This document shows, piece after piece, positions 37,430 through 41,490 of a stretch of 41,490 bases of DNA (its first letter is position 1; every line of letters begins with the position of its first letter). The stretch comes from Nemertoderma westbladi (taxonomy: Eukaryota > Animalia > Xenacoelomorpha). Position numbers and translations under genes: made by a program. The stretch covers positions 1-41,490 of the forward strand of contig JAUCBJ010004875.1 of assembly GCA_032718475.1 (NCBI GenBank), given 5' to 3'. Below the pieces are notes generated by a model that saw only the letters and a program-made list of their open reading frames with translations, was not told the DNA's origin and did not search any database.

Positions 37430-38249
37430 TTAATGAGGCGGCAGCCGGTGCATTCGACTATGGACCTTTGGCACATGAGCTCCATGCCCTTCAACTCGGA
37501 AATCCACTGGTCAATGCTGCTCCTGCCATATCAACAGTCGCTGTGAAACTCCCTTCTTTCCGGACCGCGCAACCCGAGGTTTGGTTCAAGCAAGTGGAAG
37601 CTCAGTTAGATTTAAAAGGAATTACGGCAGACCTGTAATCCAGGCCCTTGATAACACCGTAGCAACTGAAATTGGTGCGTTCATCTTGAACCCACCAGAA
37701 GCTAACAGATATGAAGCTCTGAAAACTATACTCCTCAAAACTTATGGGCTTACAGAACAACAAAAGGGAGCCAAGTTACTAGCAATCAATGGCCTGGGTG
37801 ATCGCCACCCATCTTCTCTACTGCGATACATGGCTACGTTAGTTCCTGCTGACACCTACAGGGGGTATACATTCCGTAGTCTAGTCCGCATAGCCCTGGC
37901 CAGAGACCCTCCTACGGACATTGAAGATCTTGCATTTGCCGCTGACTCTATCATAGAGGCCCAAGGTCCAACTCATTATCGTGGTATAGCTGCAGTGGAA
38001 GTTGATGCCATAGGTAGACAACAGAAACGCACCCAACAGAAACGCACCCAACAGCGTCAGAGCAAAAGGAATGCACCTCCCACTCAACTACCTCGTGTAA
38101 ACCGCCGATCCACCACTCGCTGTGCCAATCACCAGCGTTATGGCACGCATACCTGGGCTTGCTGCACTATGCTCCCTGGTTCCACTTGCGACATGGCACA
38201 CATCACAGTACCCAGACCTTCGGGAAACGCCACTGCCGACGCCCAGTAG
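37430..38249 (+). pseudogene. gag: gag with a frameshifting lesion near 37633
   Basis: AVKLPSF..QPEVWFKQVEAQ in one frame; [28 protein letters not shown] in another. Confidence 0.85.
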
Positions 38250-38267
38250 CCGTCCAGGCCGTCGGCA
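38222..38267 (+). promoter_or_regulatory. Candidate -1 ribosomal frameshift signal
   Basis: G_GGA_AAC in gag frame, pol in -1 frame, 5-nt spacer, 8-bp stem TGCCGACG/CGTCGGCA. Confidence 0.8.
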
Positions 38268-41200
38268 ACAAACCCAAACAGAAAGATGGCATGAAAACAA
38301 TGACAGTCTGGGACCGCAAGACCGGACGTCAGTTTCTTGTCGACTGCGGTGCCGATGAGTCCGTCATCCCAGCATCAAGACTCGATCATTCACGTACTCA
38401 AACTACACCTCTCATTGCTGCTAATGGCTCACACATCTCAGCATGGGGTACGACAACAATTGCCCTCGAACTGGGCAACCAAACCTTCGTCCAACATTTC
38501 AACATTGCTGATGTACAACAACCAATCCTTGGTGCAGATTTCTTCATAGCTAATAATCTGGCCATCGATATGGCCAATCGGCGTTTAATTGACCTAGAGA
38601 CATACGCTACAATACTGGCAGGATCAACATCAGTGATAGGAAATATCAATGGGCTCCATAAACCCAGAGAGGATAATGTCAACCTCGCTTCCATCCTCGA
38701 TGAGTTCCCTGAACTCCTAATCCCACGTTTCCATGCCTCTGCTCCAAACTTACATGGTGTTGAACACCACCTCCCCACTAATGGCCCACCCATTTTCGCC
38801 CACGCGAGACGTCTTCATGCCGACCAGCTGGAGGTAGCCCAAGCTGAATTTAAGAAAATGGAAGACTTGGGAATCATCCGTCGCAGCAATTCTGCTTGGG
38901 CCACACCACTACATGTTGTACCCAAACCTGATGGTGGTTGGCGCCCATGTGGCGATTACCGACGCCTCAATGCAGCCACAAAAGATGACAAATACCCGAT
39001 ACCACATATCGGTGACTTCAACACCAATCTGAATGGGAAAACTATATTCTCAAAGATTGACTTGGCGAAAGGCTACCATCAAATCCCTATGACTGAAGCC
39101 GATATTTGTAAGACAGCCATTATCACCCCATTTGGCTTGTGGGAATTTCTTCGAATGCCCTTTGGTCTGAAGAATGCGGCTCAATCGTTTCAACGGCTGA
39201 TGGATACCATCCTTCGAGGGATTCCATGTATATTCATATATGTGGATGACATCCTGGTAGCTAGTAGCAACCGCACTGAACATGCTTCTCACTTGAGAGA
39301 GGTTTTCTCGGCACTGTCCTCGCAACGGCATGGTCATCCAGCGCCCCAAATGTGTATTCGGTGTCAATGAGCTCACCTTCCTGGGCCATAAAGTCACTTC
39401 AACTGGCATCACCCCCCTACCTGAACGTGTTGAAGCTGTTACTAATTTCCCTGTACCCGTTGACAAACATCAGCTGCAAAGATTCTTAGGCATGATCAAT
39501 TATTACCACCGGTTTATGCCCAACCTCGCTGCCCGCCTCCACCCACTTCACAACGCAACTAAAGGGAAAGGCAGACCCATTATCTGGACTGAAGCATGTC
39601 AATCATCATTCGAGGAAGCTAAATCTGCCCTTGCCAATGCAGCTATGCTACACCATCCCAATCCTAGCTTTAAGTATTCGGTATCCGTTGATGCCTCGGA
39701 CATGGCAGTAGGTGGTTCACTAGATCAGCTCGATAACAATGTTTGGCGCCCATTGGCCTTCTTTTCTAAGAAGCTAACCAACGCTGAGAAGAAGTACTCT
39801 GCCTTCGACAGGGAACTGCTTGCTGCCTACTTAGGAATCAAACATTTCCGGAACTATATCGAAGGACGGCAATTTACATTGTTTACAGACCATAAGCCCT
39901 TAGTTGCTGCAATGACTGGCACCGCCGATCGCACCCCCCGCCAAACTCGCCACCTTTCCTTCATTGCCGAGTTCACTACAGATGTCCAACACATTAAGGG
40001 AACCTCCAATGTCGTAGCAGACACACTATCACGTGCCCCTGTTGAGTCCAATGAGCCCAACACCAGATCAGGTACAACAGTGTCAGCTATTCTAACTCCT
40101 ACAATCGAATACGCACAGTTGGCTTCAGACCAGGCTACATCCAAAGAAATCGAAGCTTATCGCACAAGCACTGCTGTCACTTCACTCAATCTCGAAGACC
40201 TTGCCTATAATGGCTACTCTATCTTATGTGACACTGCCACTGGAAAGGCCAGACCAGTCATACCTGCCAATTGGACAAAACGAATATTTGAGGCTATCCA
40301 TGGCCTTTCTCACACTGGTTACCGTCCCACATACCGTGCAATAGCGAAACGATTTGTTTGGCATGGGATGAAATCAGATATCCGCAACTGGTGTCGCTCC
40401 TGTCACCCGTGTCAAGTCTCTAAGGTCAGCCAACACATACACACCCCCTTAGAATCCCGCCCCCCACCGGAACGGCGCTTTGGATCTCTTCATGTAGACC
40501 TTGTGGGGCCCCTTCCCATCTCTGAGAAAATGTGCTACCTGTTTACAATAGTAGATCGCTATACCAGGTGGCCAGAAGCTATTCCAATTCCAGACTCCAC
40601 AACTGAAACTTGCATTCGTGGCTTTCTACGCACATGGGTGGCACGGTTCGGTATCCCAGGGGACCTCACATCCGACAGAGGCCCACAGTTCACATCACAC
40701 CTTTGGGCCGAGTTACAACGTCTCTTGGGAGTATCAGCCAACAACACTACCGCATATCACCCACAAGCCAACGGTATGGTTGAACGATTTCACCGTCAAC
40801 TAAAGGCGTCACTTAAGGCGCGCATGACAGGACCCAACTGGATGGACCACCTACCCATGGTTATGCTCGGCATCCGCACAGCCTGGAAGGAAGACGCAGA
40901 CTGTTCTCCAGCTGATTTAGTATATGGGACTTCCCTACACATTCCAGGTGAATTCTTCAAGACTGATAGGAACTCAGACCTCCAACCAAGTTTCTTAAGC
41001 GGTCTACAAGATGCCATGCGCTTAGCAAAGCCTCCCCCAACTAATTACCACGGCCAACGTGCAGCATCAGTTCCAGATAACTTAGCATCAACTGGTTTCG
41101 TTTATATACGAGTCGACAGCCACAAACACCCACTTCAGCAACCCTACACTGGCCCCCACCGCATTCTTGGGGTCAACGCCAAGCATTACACAATAGACTG

Positions 41201-41450
41201 CAATGGTAAAGCTGTAAACGTATCTATAGACCGGTTAAAAACTGCATACACTGACACTGGTTGCGCAAGCACGACAACACAACGAGCATCACCAACAACA
41301 ATGCGCACTTCTACAACACAAGCGATGGGATCACCTCCTCTTGTTGACTACTCATTGGAACCAGAACCCGACCCCATGTCGTACATACCCCCCATGTGCC
41401 GAACCAGAAGTGGAAGATTAAGTAAACCTCCAACTCGTTTGATCTTGTAA
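38222..41450 (+). pseudogene. pol: pol (PR-RT-RH-IN) with one frameshift near 39320
   Basis: [66 protein letters not shown]. Confidence 0.95.
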
Positions 41451-41490
41451 CTCGACTCACTGTTAATTCTCAACTAGAACACATCAATGA

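Larger units (their letters stand above)
37208..41490 (+). mobile_element. Ty3/gypsy LTR retrotransposon, CsRN1 clade, 3' LTR outside window
   Basis: LTR ends CCCACA at 37366 (start TGTAG 37208 tentative); PBS TGGTGACCCGGACGT (tRNA-Trp-like) at 37368; CHCC gag motif. Confidence 0.93.

Overview
AT-rich, repeat-dominated animal (probably invertebrate) genomic DNA; nothing prokaryotic. The main host feature is a spliced + strand gene absent from the ORF track. Five GT-AG exons (11116-11264, 16606-16760, 16842-17014, 19006-19118, 22394-22696) join in frame into about 297 aa resembling the ectodomain and TM2 of the proton-activated chloride channel PACC1/TMEM206; the N-terminal TM1 exon was not found in the window. 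The rest: a 4.8 kb 30/32-bp satellite, a TTAA-flanked DNA transposon holding a Helitron-like element with a ~146-bp array, a solo LTR, a decayed hAT transposase, LINE fragments, a four-level nest (CR1-group LINE > hAT foldback > RTEX-like LINE > Mag-clade Ty3/gypsy) and a CsRN1-clade Ty3/gypsy running off the right edge. All homology calls come from recalled motifs, not database searches.
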